This document shows, in pieces, positions 12,484-24,054 of a DNA stretch of 64,000 bases. The stretch lies in the NCBI RefSeq assembly GCF_964194155.1, contig NC_135901.1, forward strand, positions 11,098,001 to 11,162,000, written 5' to 3'. This DNA comes from Cetorhinus maximus (taxonomy: Eukaryota). The notes beneath the pieces were generated by a model. It saw only the letters and a list, made by a program, of their open reading frames with translations. It was not told the DNA's origin and did not search any database. The translations under genes were made by a program, and so were the position numbers. Position 1 is the first letter of the stretch, and each line of letters starts with the position of its first letter.

Positions 12484-13215
12484 CTTTCCAGAGTCTGCAC
12501 CCTCCTGGGATTAACTTCATTTCCTTCAGTTCCTGCAAGTCAACAATTTAAGACCAGAATTAGATTAGAAATAGAAAGGGAGAAACACTGATTTCCTCAC
12601 AGATGTTGCCCAGAGGAGGAAGTTTCAGTCTGAAGCTCATTGTCCAACTTCCGCATTGTGATGTCCACAATGGAACCCTGCCTGAATCAGCCAATTTGTA
12701 ATCACTCTGCTCCGCGGTGACGTGCTGGGGTTCCAGGCGGCAGGGCAGGCCAGGCGCGCGGACACGAGAGCCCCACCCCCACCCATTGTTCCCCTTCCTC
12801 CTGCACCTTCTCGAGCCAAGGTTTCCAGGCAACCGGCTGGCGGCTCCGGCCAGAGCGAGAAGCCGCGGAGCGAACCCCCACGGCCGTGGCTGCTGTCTAC
12901 GGCGGCCCAAAAGGAGATCGAGAACAGAAACAGAATTACCTGGAAAAACTCAGCAGGTCTGGCAGCATCGGTGGAAAGATAAAAACAAAAAGCTACTGAG
13001 AGCGGCTGCTCGTGGCAGCCGCACTGCGCCTGCTCCGGACAACACGGTCAGCAGCGCTTTCTGCGCCTGCGCGCTGGGCTGCCAGCTGAGGGAGTGGGAG
13101 AGGGGAGTTTACTATATATCTTCCCCTCATCTTCTCCAGAGTTTGGTTTTAAACAGCACAGCGTTTGTTATTAACTTCATACAGACACTTAACCTTCCTC
13201 CTCTGTCCAACATCT
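12484..13215. promoter_or_regulatory. Bidirectional CpG-rich promoter (ZNF-B on minus; orphan exon 1 on plus)
   Basis: ETS CGGAAGT (~12650), CCAAT (~12691), TGACGT (~12718), RFX X-box GTTTCCAGGCAAC (12821-12833), NRF1-like TGCGCCTGCGCG (~13062); AACATCT|GT donors on both strands (12601 minus, 13215 plus). Confidence 0.75.
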
Positions 13216-13242
13216 GTGAATAAAACACTTTCTTTCCCTCCC

Positions 13243-13526
13243 CTGGGAAGTACAGAGAGTTGTGGAACTATGTAACTGGAATTAGTGCCAAATATGCTGA
13301 GGGGGGAAATGCTGGTGATTTTGTGGAGCCTGTTTTTTATTGTATAAACTGTTTAAAGTCAAATTTATCCTGTCTATTCAAATAATATTTGTCTTTTAAT
13401 GCATGCTTCATTTTTGTTGATTTTAGTTTGATTGTTACAGAATAAGTTTTAAAAGTTAACCTTGTCCTTCGATTTATTCCGTTGAGGATTGTCTGGGAAT
13501 TTGTTTCTTTTAAGGGGATTGTAACA
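13243..13526 (+). mobile_element. LTR 3' fragment shared by the plus-strand partner introns
   Basis: Ends GGGATTGTAACA like the LTR at 56362; same fragment and junction at 41771-42070 and ~50197-50290. Confidence 0.5.
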
Positions 13527-13839
13527 ACATAGATATGTCTAGTGGTGTAATATTGTACAAATTAGATATATTATTTATGCTTCTGTAATAAAGTACATTT
13601 ATTATTATTTCTAGTCGTGTAATGTAGTACTGCAGCGATGTTATGACACAGCAGTTGGTAAAGGCTGAGTTGTTTAAATCCCAGATAGAAACTTGAACAA
13701 ATGTCATAACCTATATTTTCAATTGGTATGTTTTGAGATGCAGCTCTGAATTCAGAAATAAAACCACAGTCTCAAAAGGTTTTTTTTTTATCTAAACTAA
13801 CATAAATGTTTATTAATTTAACAAGATATTAAATACATA

Positions 13840-13984
13840 GAGATAAAAACAAAAAACTGTGGATGCTGGAAATTCAAAACAAAAACAGAAACATAAATAC
13901 CTGGAAAAACTCAGCAGGTCTGGCAGCATCGGCAGAGAAGAGTACAGTTGACGTTTTGAGTCCTCATGACCCTTCAACAGAACT
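13840..13984 (-). mobile_element. Penelope-like (Neptune) pseudo-LTR end
   Basis: Reverse complement of 23871-24012; contains a degenerate hammerhead motif. Confidence 0.7.
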
Positions 13985-13989
13985 GTACA

Positions 13990-16005
13990 GAAACTTACAG
14001 AATACTGAAAGGCCTGGATAGAGTGGACGTGGGGAAGATGTTTCCATTAGTAGGAGAGACTAGGACACGAGGGCACAGCCTCAGAGTAAAGGGAAGACCT
14101 TTTAGAACAGAGATGAGGAGAAACTTCTTTAGCCAGAGAGTGGTGAATCTATGGAATTCATTGCCACAGAAGGCTGTGGAGGCCAGGTCATTGAGTGTAT
14201 TTAAGACCAAGATAGATAGGTTCTTGGTTGGTAAGGGGATCAAAGGTTATGGGGTGAAGGCAGGAGAATGGGGTTGAGAAACTTAACAGCCATGATTGAA
14301 TGGCGGAACAGACTCGATGGGCCGAATGGCCTAATTTCTACTCCTATGTCTTATGGTCTTATGGGATCAGTGCTGTCACCTCAACCATTTACAACCTATA
14401 CTAATGACGTGGTTGAATGGGCCGAGTGTATTGCAGCCACATTTGCTGACAATGGGTAGGAAATCAAATTGTGAGGAAACAAAGAGCTAGATTAAGTGAA
14501 TGGGAAAACACTTGCAGATGGTGCATTATTTGGGAAAATGTGAGGGTTTTCACTTTGACAAGAAGAATAGAAAATCAGAAATTATTTAAGTAGAGAGAGA
14601 CTGCAGAATGCTGTAGTACAGAGGGACCTTGGGGTCCTGGCACATAAATCTCAAAAAGTTAGCATGCAGGTACAGCAAGAAATTAGGAAGGTAACTGGAA
14701 TGTTGGCATTTATTGCAAGAGGGTTGGAGTATAAAAGTAGGGAAGTTTTGCTACAGCTGTACTGGGCATTGGTGAAACCACACCTAGAGTACTGTGTACA
14801 GTTTTGGTCTCCTTACTTAAGGAGGGATATACCCAGCGTGTCCACTCTGAACCAGGTTTGCTGCTCCCTCTGTGTCCAGCACTGTCTGCATCCCAGGCAT
14901 AAGGAAATGAAATTTCAAAAGAAGGAAGGAATCTGTCAGCATTTGAAAGACATTCACAGAGAATTGAAGGGCTCCTTGGATGGCAAGCTGTAACTAGTAG
15001 GGTGCCACAGGGTTCAGTCCTTGGGCCCCAACTATTTACAATCTATATTAATGACTTGGATTCAGGGATAGAAGGTACAATAGCTAACTTTGCAGATGAC
15101 ACCAAAAATAGGTGGGAAAGTAAGTTGCAATGAAGAAATAAAAAATTTACAAATGGATATGGACAGGTTAGGTGAATGGGCCAAAATTTGGCAGATGGAG
15201 TTGAATGTGGATAAGTGTGAGGTTATCCACTTTGGTCAGAAGAATAAAAAGTCGACTTATTATTTAAGTGGAGAGAAACTTCAGAATGCTTCAGTGCAGA
15301 GGGATCTGGGTGTCCTCGTGCATGAATCGTTGAAAGCTAGTATGCAGGTACAGCAGGTAATAAGGAAGACAAATGGAATTTTGGCATTTATTGCTAAAGG
15401 AATAGAGTATAAAAATAGGGAAGTATTGTTGCAACTGTACAAGGCATTGGTGAGACCGCACCTGGAGTATTGTGCACAATTTTGGTCCCCTTACTTGCGG
15501 AAGGATGTTGTTGCATTGGAGGCAGGTCAGAGGAGGTTCACTAGATTGATTCCAGAGATGCGGGTCTTGTCTTATGAGGAGAGATTGAGCAGTTTAGGCC
15601 TATACTCGCTAGAGTGTAGAAGGATGAGAGGAGATCTAATTGGGGTATATAAGATGCTAAAGGGGATCGACAAAGTAGACATGAGCAGATGTTTCCCCTT
15701 GTGGGGCATTGTAGAACAAGAGGCCATAGTTTTAGGCTAAAGGGTGGTAGATTTAAATCAGAGATGAGGAGGAATTACTTTTCTCAAAGGGTCGTGAATC
15801 TGTGGAATTCACTACCTCAGAGTGCAGGGCATGCCGGGACACTGAATAAATTTAAGGAGGAGATAGTCAGATTTTTAATTAGTAAAGGGTTGAAAGGTTA
15901 TGGGGGGAGGGCGGGAAATTGGAGTTCAGGCCGAAATGAGATCAATTATGATCGTATTGAATGGTGGGGCAGGCTCGAGAGACTGAATTGCCTAATCCTG
16001 CTAAG
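13990..16005 (+). mobile_element. Stack of CR1 LINE fragments (RT C-terminus and 3' ends)
   Basis: ORFs 13966-14277, 14664-14993, 15090-15740 and 15689-16078 carry CR1 motifs (LVRPHLEYCVQFWSP, RTRGH, FFSQRVVNLWNSLP). Confidence 0.9.
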
Positions 16006-16146
16006 AGTTGAGATCTTTCTTTATTCTTGGAGAGTTGGACATCAGACTGCCTCCTTTCAATATGGAGCTGCATTGTAGGGCTGGGACCACCTTTGAAGGA
16101 GCTGCCAATGAGTCCCACTCCCCTGCCCTTTCCCCACAGCCTTCAT

Positions 16147-16730
16147 TAGAATCATAGAATGGTTACAGCATAGAAGGAGGTCATTCAGCCCATCATGTCC
16201 ATGCCCATGCCAGCTTTCCGAAAGAGCTACTCAGCCAGTCCCACTCCCCGGCCCTGCACATTTTTTCTGTTCAGATAATTATCCAATTCTGTTTTGAAAG
16301 GCATGATTGAACCTTCCTCCACCACTCTCTCAGTCAGTGCACTCCAGATTCTGACCATTCACTGCATAAACAGGGTTTTCCTCATGTCACCATTGTTTCT
16401 TTTTCAATTCACCTTTAACCCATGTCCCCTGGTCCTCAGCCCTTCTGCCACTAGGAATTGTTTCTCCCGATCTACTCTGTCCAGATACCTCATGATTTTG
16501 AGCATTTCTATCAAATCTCCTCTTAATATTCTTTTCTCTAAACAGATCAGCCCCATCTTTACCAATCTATCCTCATAGCTGCAGTTTCTCATCCCTGGAA
16601 CCATTCTCAATAATCTGTTTTGCATCCTCTTCAATACCTTCACATCCTTCCTAAAGTGTGGTATCCAGAATTGGACACAATACTCCAGTTGAGGTTGAAC
16701 CAGTGTTTTATTCTGATTTCTCATAACTTC
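16147..16730 (-). mobile_element. CR1 LINE 3' portion
   Basis: ORF 16404-16724 (LEYCVQFW..RGDLIE..RTRGH) and CR1 tail. Confidence 0.85.
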
Positions 16731-17229
16731 CTTGTTATTCTCGGGGAGTTGAACACCAGCCTTTCTCCTGTCGACATAGAGCTGCCTTATAGGGTTGTGA
16801 TCACCTTTGAAAGAGCTGCCGATTAGCCCACACTCCCCTGCCCTTTCCCCAGAGCCCTGCAGACTTTACCTTTTAACTGGAGATCCAACTCACTTTGGAA
16901 AGTTGTTATTGAATCTGCTCCTATCCCCTTTCAGGCAGAACGTCTCAGGTCATAACTTATTGAGTAAAAAATAGTTCCTCATCTTCCTGATGGATTTTTG
17001 CCACTTATTTGATGTGATGTGTTTAATTGTTGGTTTCCTGTTAAAGACATTTCCTGAGTGGATTTAAGGGAATACGCTCGTGATAGCTCAAAGAGACCAA
17101 ACACACGACATGCTGTATATTTGAAACAAAGCTGATTTATTTGATGTATTAAAATAGTAAACACCAGCCACATTACAGGAGATTGCTGAAAAAAGAGACA
17201 TGACTAAGCTTTTTGTCTTGCACTCATCA

Positions 17230-19310
17230 GGACAATTCACAATGTTCAGCACCACTCGTGACTCCTCAGATACTGAAACAGTCCATGTCCAAATGCAGCA
17301 AGACCTGGACAATATCCAGGTTTTGGCTGACAAATGGCAAGTAACATTCACGCCACACAAGTGTCAGGTAATGACCATCTCCAAAAATAGAGAATCCAAC
17401 CATCGCCCATCGCTGTATCCCCCACTATCAACATCCTGGGGGTTACCATCTGCTAATTAGTTTAAATCTAAGCCCTCTAGTCATTGACATCTCTGTTAAC
17501 AGAAATAAGTCCTTCCTATCCACTCTATCTATGCCCCTCATAATTTTATACACCACAGTTAAATCTCCCCTCAGCCTCCTCTATTCCAAATAAAACAACC
17601 CCAGCCTGTCCAATTTTTCCTTATCGTTAAAATTTGTCATTCCTGTCAATATCCTCATAAATCTCCTCTGTACCCTCTCTGGTGTGAACACATCCTTCCT
17701 GTAATGCACTGACCAGAACTGTACTCAGTAGACCAGCTGTGGTCCAACTAATTGTTTATTCAGCTCTAGTATAACCTCCCTGATCATATAATAAAAACAG
17801 AAAATACTGGAAATACTCAGCAGCTCTGGCAGCATCTATGGAGAGAGAGGAGTTTCAGGTCTGTGATCTTTCATCAACCGAAAATGCTAGAAATATTCCC
17901 TGTTCTTGTATTCTATGTCTCAGTTAATAACAGAAAGTATCCTGTCTGCCTTTTTAATCACCTTATCTACCTCGCCTGTCCCCTTCAGGGATCTGTGGAC
18001 ATGCACTCCAATGTCCCTCTGTTCACCTACACTTCTCACCATCATACCAGTAATATTCTTTCCCTTTGCCATGTTTGCCCTCCCCAAATGTATTTATTAC
18101 CTCACACTTCTCGAGGATGATCTCCATTTGCTACTTTTCTGCCCACCTGATCATTCTATTGACACCTTCCTACAGTCTACAGCTTTCTTCCTCACTGTTA
18201 ATGACAAGGTTGAAAATGTCTTAATCATGTCCCCATGTTAAAGTCTAAATCAGTGATATATACCACAGAAGCATGGAATCCTGTGCTGAGCCATCCAGAA
18301 CTCCATTGGAAACAGCCTTGTGATCCCAAAACCACCTCTTGACCATTCCCCTTTGCCTCCTGCTGCTCCAGCTGATGACACTTCCTGCACTTGTGATTGT
18401 CCAGCACAGAGAAGCATCCTGGTTTTCCCACATGGAACTGGATGCGCATTCTACAGGAATTTGATGCCCTGCCATGCCTTTATTTATCTGATTATTAACT
18501 CATTTAAACAAAATAAGCTAATCATTAAAATAAATAAAGATCCATCAGCTACCCACCAATCAGCTTCTTCCATTATGCTGAAGTCACCTTATTTTTTTTA
18601 CAGGGAATTAACAAAAATGTTTTTCTTAACCCTTATTATCTAAACACCTCAGAGTTTAATTTACTGAAAAAATCAGACTTCTTCACTGTTTCAACCCATT
18701 GTTAGTTAGCTTTATCATTATCCCCTAGATTTGATTAATTGAATACTGACTGCAAATTTTATGATAAATTATCAATTCGTCTTTAGTTTTAGGCTAATTG
18801 ATTACTTTATAGTTGATTAATACAGTGACCAGGGCCATACTCAGTACTCTAGCTGTGCTCTAACTAGTGTTTTACACAATTCTAACATAATCTCCCTGCT
18901 CTTATATTTTAGTCCTCAGGCAAGAAAGTGTCCCAAATGCCTTCCTGACCACCTGATCTACCTGTCCAGCCACATTCAGGGATATGTGGATGTGCACTCC
19001 GAGGTCTCTCTGTTCCTCTGTAGTTCTCAGCGTCATCCCTTTTATTTTCATTCCCTTCTCTTGTTTGCCCTCCCCAATTTCATTATCACACACTGCTCCA
19101 GATTGATTTACATTTACCAATTTTCTGCTCTGCTCATCTGACCAGTCCATTGATGTTTTCCTGCAGTCCACAGCTTTCTTCCTCATTGTCAACCACACCA
19201 GCAATGTTGACATCATCTGCAATCTTCTTGCTCATTGCCCCTACATTTAAGTCTAAATCATTGATATAAGCTACAAATTGTGGAACCCCACTGAAAACTG
19301 AAAACAGGCG
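17230..19310. mobile_element. Nested degraded CR1 fragments (mostly minus), including an ORF1 zinc-finger remnant and AT-rich LTR-like debris
   Basis: ORFs 17200-17460, 18245-18475, 18902-19222 and 19134-19319 (GVPQ..YINDLD..ADD). Confidence 0.7.
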
Positions 19311-19322
19311 TCCAGACATGAT

Positions 19323-20471
19323 TCAGTCCTGCATGTGAATAAAAGTAGCAATTACATCAGAATCCAACCCCCGCTGTCGCATATGAACTTGCTGGTGTCT
19401 CAGCAGGTTGTTTGACTGAACGAATCTCTTCCCACACACGGAGCAGGTGAACGGCCTCTCCCCAGTATGAACTCGCTGGTGTGTCAGCAGATTCTGTTTA
19501 CTTTTAAATCTCTTCTCACAGTCAGAACATTTAAAAGGTCTCTGATCAGTGTGAACAAGTTGATGTGTAGTGAGATGAGATGACTGAGTGAATCTTTTGC
19601 CACACTCAAGGCAAGTATATGGTCTCTCCCCAGTGTGAACTCGCTGGTGTATCAGAAGGTCAGATGAATCAATGAATTCCTGCCCACATTTATTGCAGGT
19701 GAATGGCCTCTCCCCAGTGTGAACTCGATGGTGTCTCAGCAGGTGGGCTAACCGAGTGAATCCCTTCCCACAGATAGAGCAGATGAATGGCCTCTCCCCA
19801 GTGTGAGTGTGTTGGTGTTTCAGAAGATCCTTTTTGCTTTTAAATTTTTTCTCACAGTCAGGACAATTAAAAGGTCTCTGCTCAGTGTGAACAAATTGGT
19901 GTGTCAGAAGGTGGGATGAAGAAGTGAATCTCTTCCCACACACGGAGCAGGTGAATGGCCTCTCCCCAGTGTGAATGTGTTCATGGTTCAGTAAATCCTT
20001 TTTACTTTTAAAGCTCTTCTCACAGTCAGAACATTTAAAAGGTCTCTTATCAGTGTGAACAAGTTGGTGTGTCAGGAGGTGGGATGACTGAGTGAATCCC
20101 TTCCCACACACATTGCAGGTGAATGGCCTCTCCCCAGTGTGAGTGCGTTGGTGTGTCAGTAGATCCTTTCTGCTTTTAAAGCTCTTCTCACAGTCAGAAC
20201 ATTTAAACGGTCTCTCATCAGAGTGAGCACGATGGTGAGTCCGGAGGTTTGACAAAGCATTAAATCTCTTTCCACATTCAAGGCAGGTGAATGGCCTCTT
20301 GCTAGTATGAACATGCTGGTGTGTGTAGAGACTGGATGACTGAGTGAATCCCTTCCCACACACGGAGCAAGTGAACGGTCTCTCCCCAGTGTGACTGCGT
20401 CGATGAGTTTCCACCTCAGATGGGGAATTGAAACCCTTCCCACAGTCCCCACATTTCCATGGTTTCCCCAT
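19323..20471 (-). CDS. ZNF-C, tandem C2H2 zinc-finger protein, 13 fingers plus C-terminal tail, 382 aa
   Basis: Intact ORF from MGKPWKC; acceptor at 20845; ends MRQRGLDSDVIATFIHMQD. Confidence 0.88.
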   Translation of the reverse strand: MGKPWKCGDCGKGFNSPSEVETHRRSHTGERPFTCSVCGKGFTQSSSLYTHQHVHTSKRPFTCLECGKRFNALSNLRTHHRAHSDERPFKCSDCEKSFKSRKDLLTHQRTHTGERPFTCNVCGKGFTQSSHLLTHQLVHTDKRPFKCSDCEKSFKSKKDLLNHEHIHTGERPFTCSVCGKRFTSSSHLLTHQFVHTEQRPFNCPDCEKKFKSKKDLLKHQHTHTGERPFICSICGKGFTRLAHLLRHHRVHTGERPFTCNKCGQEFIDSSDLLIHQRVHTGERPYTCLECGKRFTQSSHLTTHQLVHTDQRPFKCSDCEKRFKSKQNLLTHQRVHTGERPFTCSVCGKRFVQSNNLLRHQQVHMRQRGLDSDVIATFIHMQD

Positions 20472-21399
20472 AGTGCGGGTGTCCTTGTGTCTCTCCAGGT
20501 TGGACGACCAGTTGAAGCCCAGCCCCACACCCACACACAACACGTGTACAGTCCCTTCCCGCTGTGAACAGTATGATGTTTTTTCAGGCTGTGTAACTGG
20601 TTAAAGCTCTTTCCACAGTCAGTTCACTGGAAAACTCTCACTCGGGGTGTGTGTGTCTGTCTTCGTGCTTTTCCAGTCACACTGATGTTTGAAACATTTT
20701 CCCACAGATAGAACAGCCAAACATTTCTCCTTGCACATTCAAAGGCCAATGATATTCGGATCCTAATGAATCAAGTGACTCTGTCAGATCTTGATGTGAT
20801 GTTTGGTTTGAATTTCCCATCTGCAAATCCAACCCTCCGAATACCCTGTAAATGAAGTTTAAATTGAAATACTCAAAATATGCAACAGACAAACAGGCCA
20901 TTCTGTCCAACTGTTCTGCTAGTTTTATGCTTCTCCCCCCATTTCATGCAAATCATCTCAGCCTTTCAGCTTATCTTTCTAATCCCTTTTCTTCCATGTA
21001 CTCATCTAGTCTCCTGTTGAAACTATCACAATTTTTCTCCCTCAATGGTTTCCTGTGAGTTCCATATTCTCACCACTCTCTGAGTGAAGACATTTCAAGT
21101 GGAAACATTCTCTCCATATCTACCCCGTCCAACCCATTGATCATTGTAAAGACCTCTATCAGTTCCTCCCTCTCCCTTTTTCTAAAGAAAAAATGCCCCA
21201 ACCCAAACTTTCCCAACACCTGTAATTTTTTTTTTGGTTTACAAAATTCATCAGTTGGCTCAGGATAGAAATTGAGAAGAGACACACATTTCTCTCGGTT
21301 TGAGTTTGCTGTGTGTAAATCCTCCTCTTCTAAACCCCTGTAAAAGGAGTTTCCAAAATCCATCCCTGTCAGTCCAGGATAGAAATGCACAACATTCTC

Positions 21400-21700
21400 C
21401 CCTCCTGCTCCGGGTTTGTCACCGGGACATTTCCTCTCGGCTCCACTCTGTGCAAACGGAAAACCGGTAGCTTCTCATTTGGGGTTTGCAGTTTTCACAG
21501 CACGTTTCCGGAGCCTCTCCGTCCACCCGCCGGATCCATCGCTCTTTCCGCCCCGCCATCCATTGTGGATCCGGGAGAGAAGCGTCTGTCCCTGGTCATC
21601 TGACACTGCGCATGCTCCCAACACTGGGCAGCACTGCGCCTGCGCACTGCTCCCCCTGTGGTAGTGGACAAGGGACATTCTCCACCGCGGGGGATGCTGG
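21400..21700 (-). promoter_or_regulatory. CpG-rich promoter and exon 1 of ZNF-C
   Basis: CpG cluster with NRF1-like CTGCGCATGC (~21606), CTGCGCCTGCGCA (~21634), GC box and CCGGAA motifs. Confidence 0.6.
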
Positions 21701-21775
21701 GTAAAAATGCTGCCATAGAGAACCCCAATTATGAACAGGTTTTTCTTTGCTTTCACACTGGGGTCGGATGGCCAA

Positions 21776-22215
21776 TAAATAAGATTAAATTCGTGCTGGT
21801 TGTCCTCAATTAACCCACATTTATCGATGTGATTATTAATTTTATCCCGAATCCTTGCTTCTAGAATTTTCCCCACCACGGAAGTTAAACTGACTGGCCT
21901 GTAGTTATTGGGCTTATCTTTACTTTTTTTCAACAAAGTTATAACGTTTGCAATCCTCCAGTCCTCTGGAACCACCTCTGAGTCTAAGTGAAATTGGAAA
22001 ATTATGGCCAGTGCCTCTGCAATTTCCACTCTCACTTCCCTCATTATCCTTGGATGCAACTCATCCAGTCCTGGCGCTTTATTAACTTTAAGTATAGACT
22101 GGTCTATCTAATAACTCCTTCTTATCAATTTTAAATACTTTTAGTGTTTTAATTACCTCCTCTTTCACCGTGGCCATATGGCATCTTCTTCCTTGGTAAA
22201 GACAGATACAAAATA
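21776..22215 (-). mobile_element. CR1 LINE RT N-terminal fragment
   Basis: VPEDWRIANV..NYRPVSLTSVVGKILE in ORF 21475-22059. Confidence 0.85.
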
Positions 22216-22399
22216 TTTTTACAAAAGCAAAATACTGCAGATGCTAGAAATTTGATACAAAAACTCAGCAGATCTGACAGCCTCTTACTCTCTCCAATAT
22301 TATACTCTCATTCATTCTCTCTCCAGGAAGAATATGTCCATTGTCCTTTGTTGTTTCATTGGCCTTTATTACTTTTTATCATCCATAATTGGCCTTTAA

Positions 22400-23010
22400 T
22401 GTAAGCGGATTGGAGTAGAAGAATGAAGTTGTCTTGCTACAATTATACAAGGATTTTCTGAGACAACAACTGCAACCCTGTATACAGTTTTGGTTTCCAT
22501 ATTTAAAGAAGGATATACTTGCATTGGAGGTAGTACAGTGAAGGTTCACTACGTTGGTCCCTAGGGTGAAATGGTTGTCTGATGATTAGTGGCTGAGTAA
22601 ATTGGGTCTATAATCTCAGGAGTTTAAAAGGTGAGAGGTGATCTCATTGAAACATTTCAGATTCTAAGGAGCTTGATAGGGTAGACATGGAGAAGTTGTC
22701 TTTCCGGCTGAAGAAACAAAAAGATGGGGCACAGTCTCAAGACAAGGAGCCGATCATTTAGGACTGAGATGAGGAAAAATTTATTCACTCATGTTGTTGT
22801 GAATATTTGGAATTCTCTCCTCCAGAGGATTGTGCATGGTCTATTGTTGGATTCATTTAAGGCTGAGATAGACAAATCTTTGGTCTCTCAGTGAATCGAC
22901 AGATATGGGGAACAGGTGGGAAAGTGGAATTGAAGCTGAAGATCAGCTATGATCATTTCCGATGATGGAGCAGGCTCGAGGGACCCTATGGTCTATTCTG
23001 CTGCTTTTTC
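22400..23010 (+). mobile_element. Degraded CR1 LINE 3' portion
   Basis: Nucleotide similarity to the other CR1 3' ends in the window. Confidence 0.7.
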
Positions 23011-23189
23011 CTATGCACTTACGTCCAGATAATGCTTTTAACTTGTAAAACTGATTTGATTTCTGATTCCCAGCTGTTTGTGTTTTAATCTTGCCCCATT
23101 GAGTGATTTCACTGTGACTGAATATGGTTTTACTGATCAATGGACATTGAGCTCTCAGTGACTGCACTGCAGAAACCATTCGTTGTTAC

Positions 23190-24012
23190 TTAGTCTACTG
23201 CATTCGTTGCTCCCAATGCGGTCTCCTCTACATTGGAGAGACCAAACGCAAACTGGGTGACTGATTTGCAGAACACCTGCGGTCTGTCTGCAAGAAAGAC
23301 CCAAACCTCCCTGTCGCTTGCCATTTTAACACTCCACCCTGCTCTCTTGCCCACATGTCTGTCTTTGGCTTGCTGCATTGTTCCAGTGAAGCCCAACGCA
23401 AACTGGAGGGACAGCACCTCATCTTCCGACTAGGCACTTTACAGCCTTCCGGGCTGAATATTAAATTCAACAACTTTAGATCTTAAAATCCCTCCCCCCT
23501 TCCCCACCCCCATTTCCGTTTCTTCCCCCTCCCTTTTGTTTTTTTCAATAATTTATATAGATTTTTCTTTTCCCACCTATTTCCATTATTTTTAATCTAT
23601 AACTATAATACCCTGTCAGTCTTTCCACCCCACCAGAGCTGTACTTTGTGTCCTGCCATCCATTCTTAATTAGCACATTTTCTTAGATAATATCACCACC
23701 TTCAACACCTCTTTGATCCTTTTGTCTGTGACATCTTTTGATTATCTGCTCCTATCACTGCTTGCTTGTCCCTACAACACGCCCCCCTTCAAACTTCTCT
23801 CCCCCCCGCCCCCCCCCCCCCCTCCAGACCTTAAACCAGCTTATATTTCACCCCTCTCCTAACTTCACTCAGTTCTGCTGAATGGTCATGAGTACTCGAA
23901 ACGTCAACTCTTTTCTTCTCCGCCGATGCTGCCAGACCTGCTGAGTTTTTCCAGGTAATTCTGTTCTTGTTTTGGATTTCCAGCATCCGCAGTAGTTTTT
24001 TGTTTTTATCTC
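23190..24012 (+). mobile_element. Penelope-like element (Neptune type): GIY-YIG endonuclease end plus pseudo-LTR
   Basis: Translates VYCIRCSQCGLLYIGETKRKLGD*FAEHLRSV..ACHFN..LIFRLGTLQPSGLN; hammerhead-like motif at 23871-23909. Confidence 0.85.
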
Positions 24013-24054
24013 TGTGTTTATGAACCCGCTCCCGACAGTGACCTCTCACCTGAC

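Noticed and set aside
12560-13223. ORFs over the GC-rich promoters (also 224-736, 41251-41562, 49598-50122, 59147-59518)
   Set aside because: Stop-poor CpG-island sequence; frames are not conserved between the paralogous promoters
21644-21664. CTCF site (CCACAGGGGGAGCA)
   Set aside because: Several core mismatches by eye; not supportable without matrix scoring
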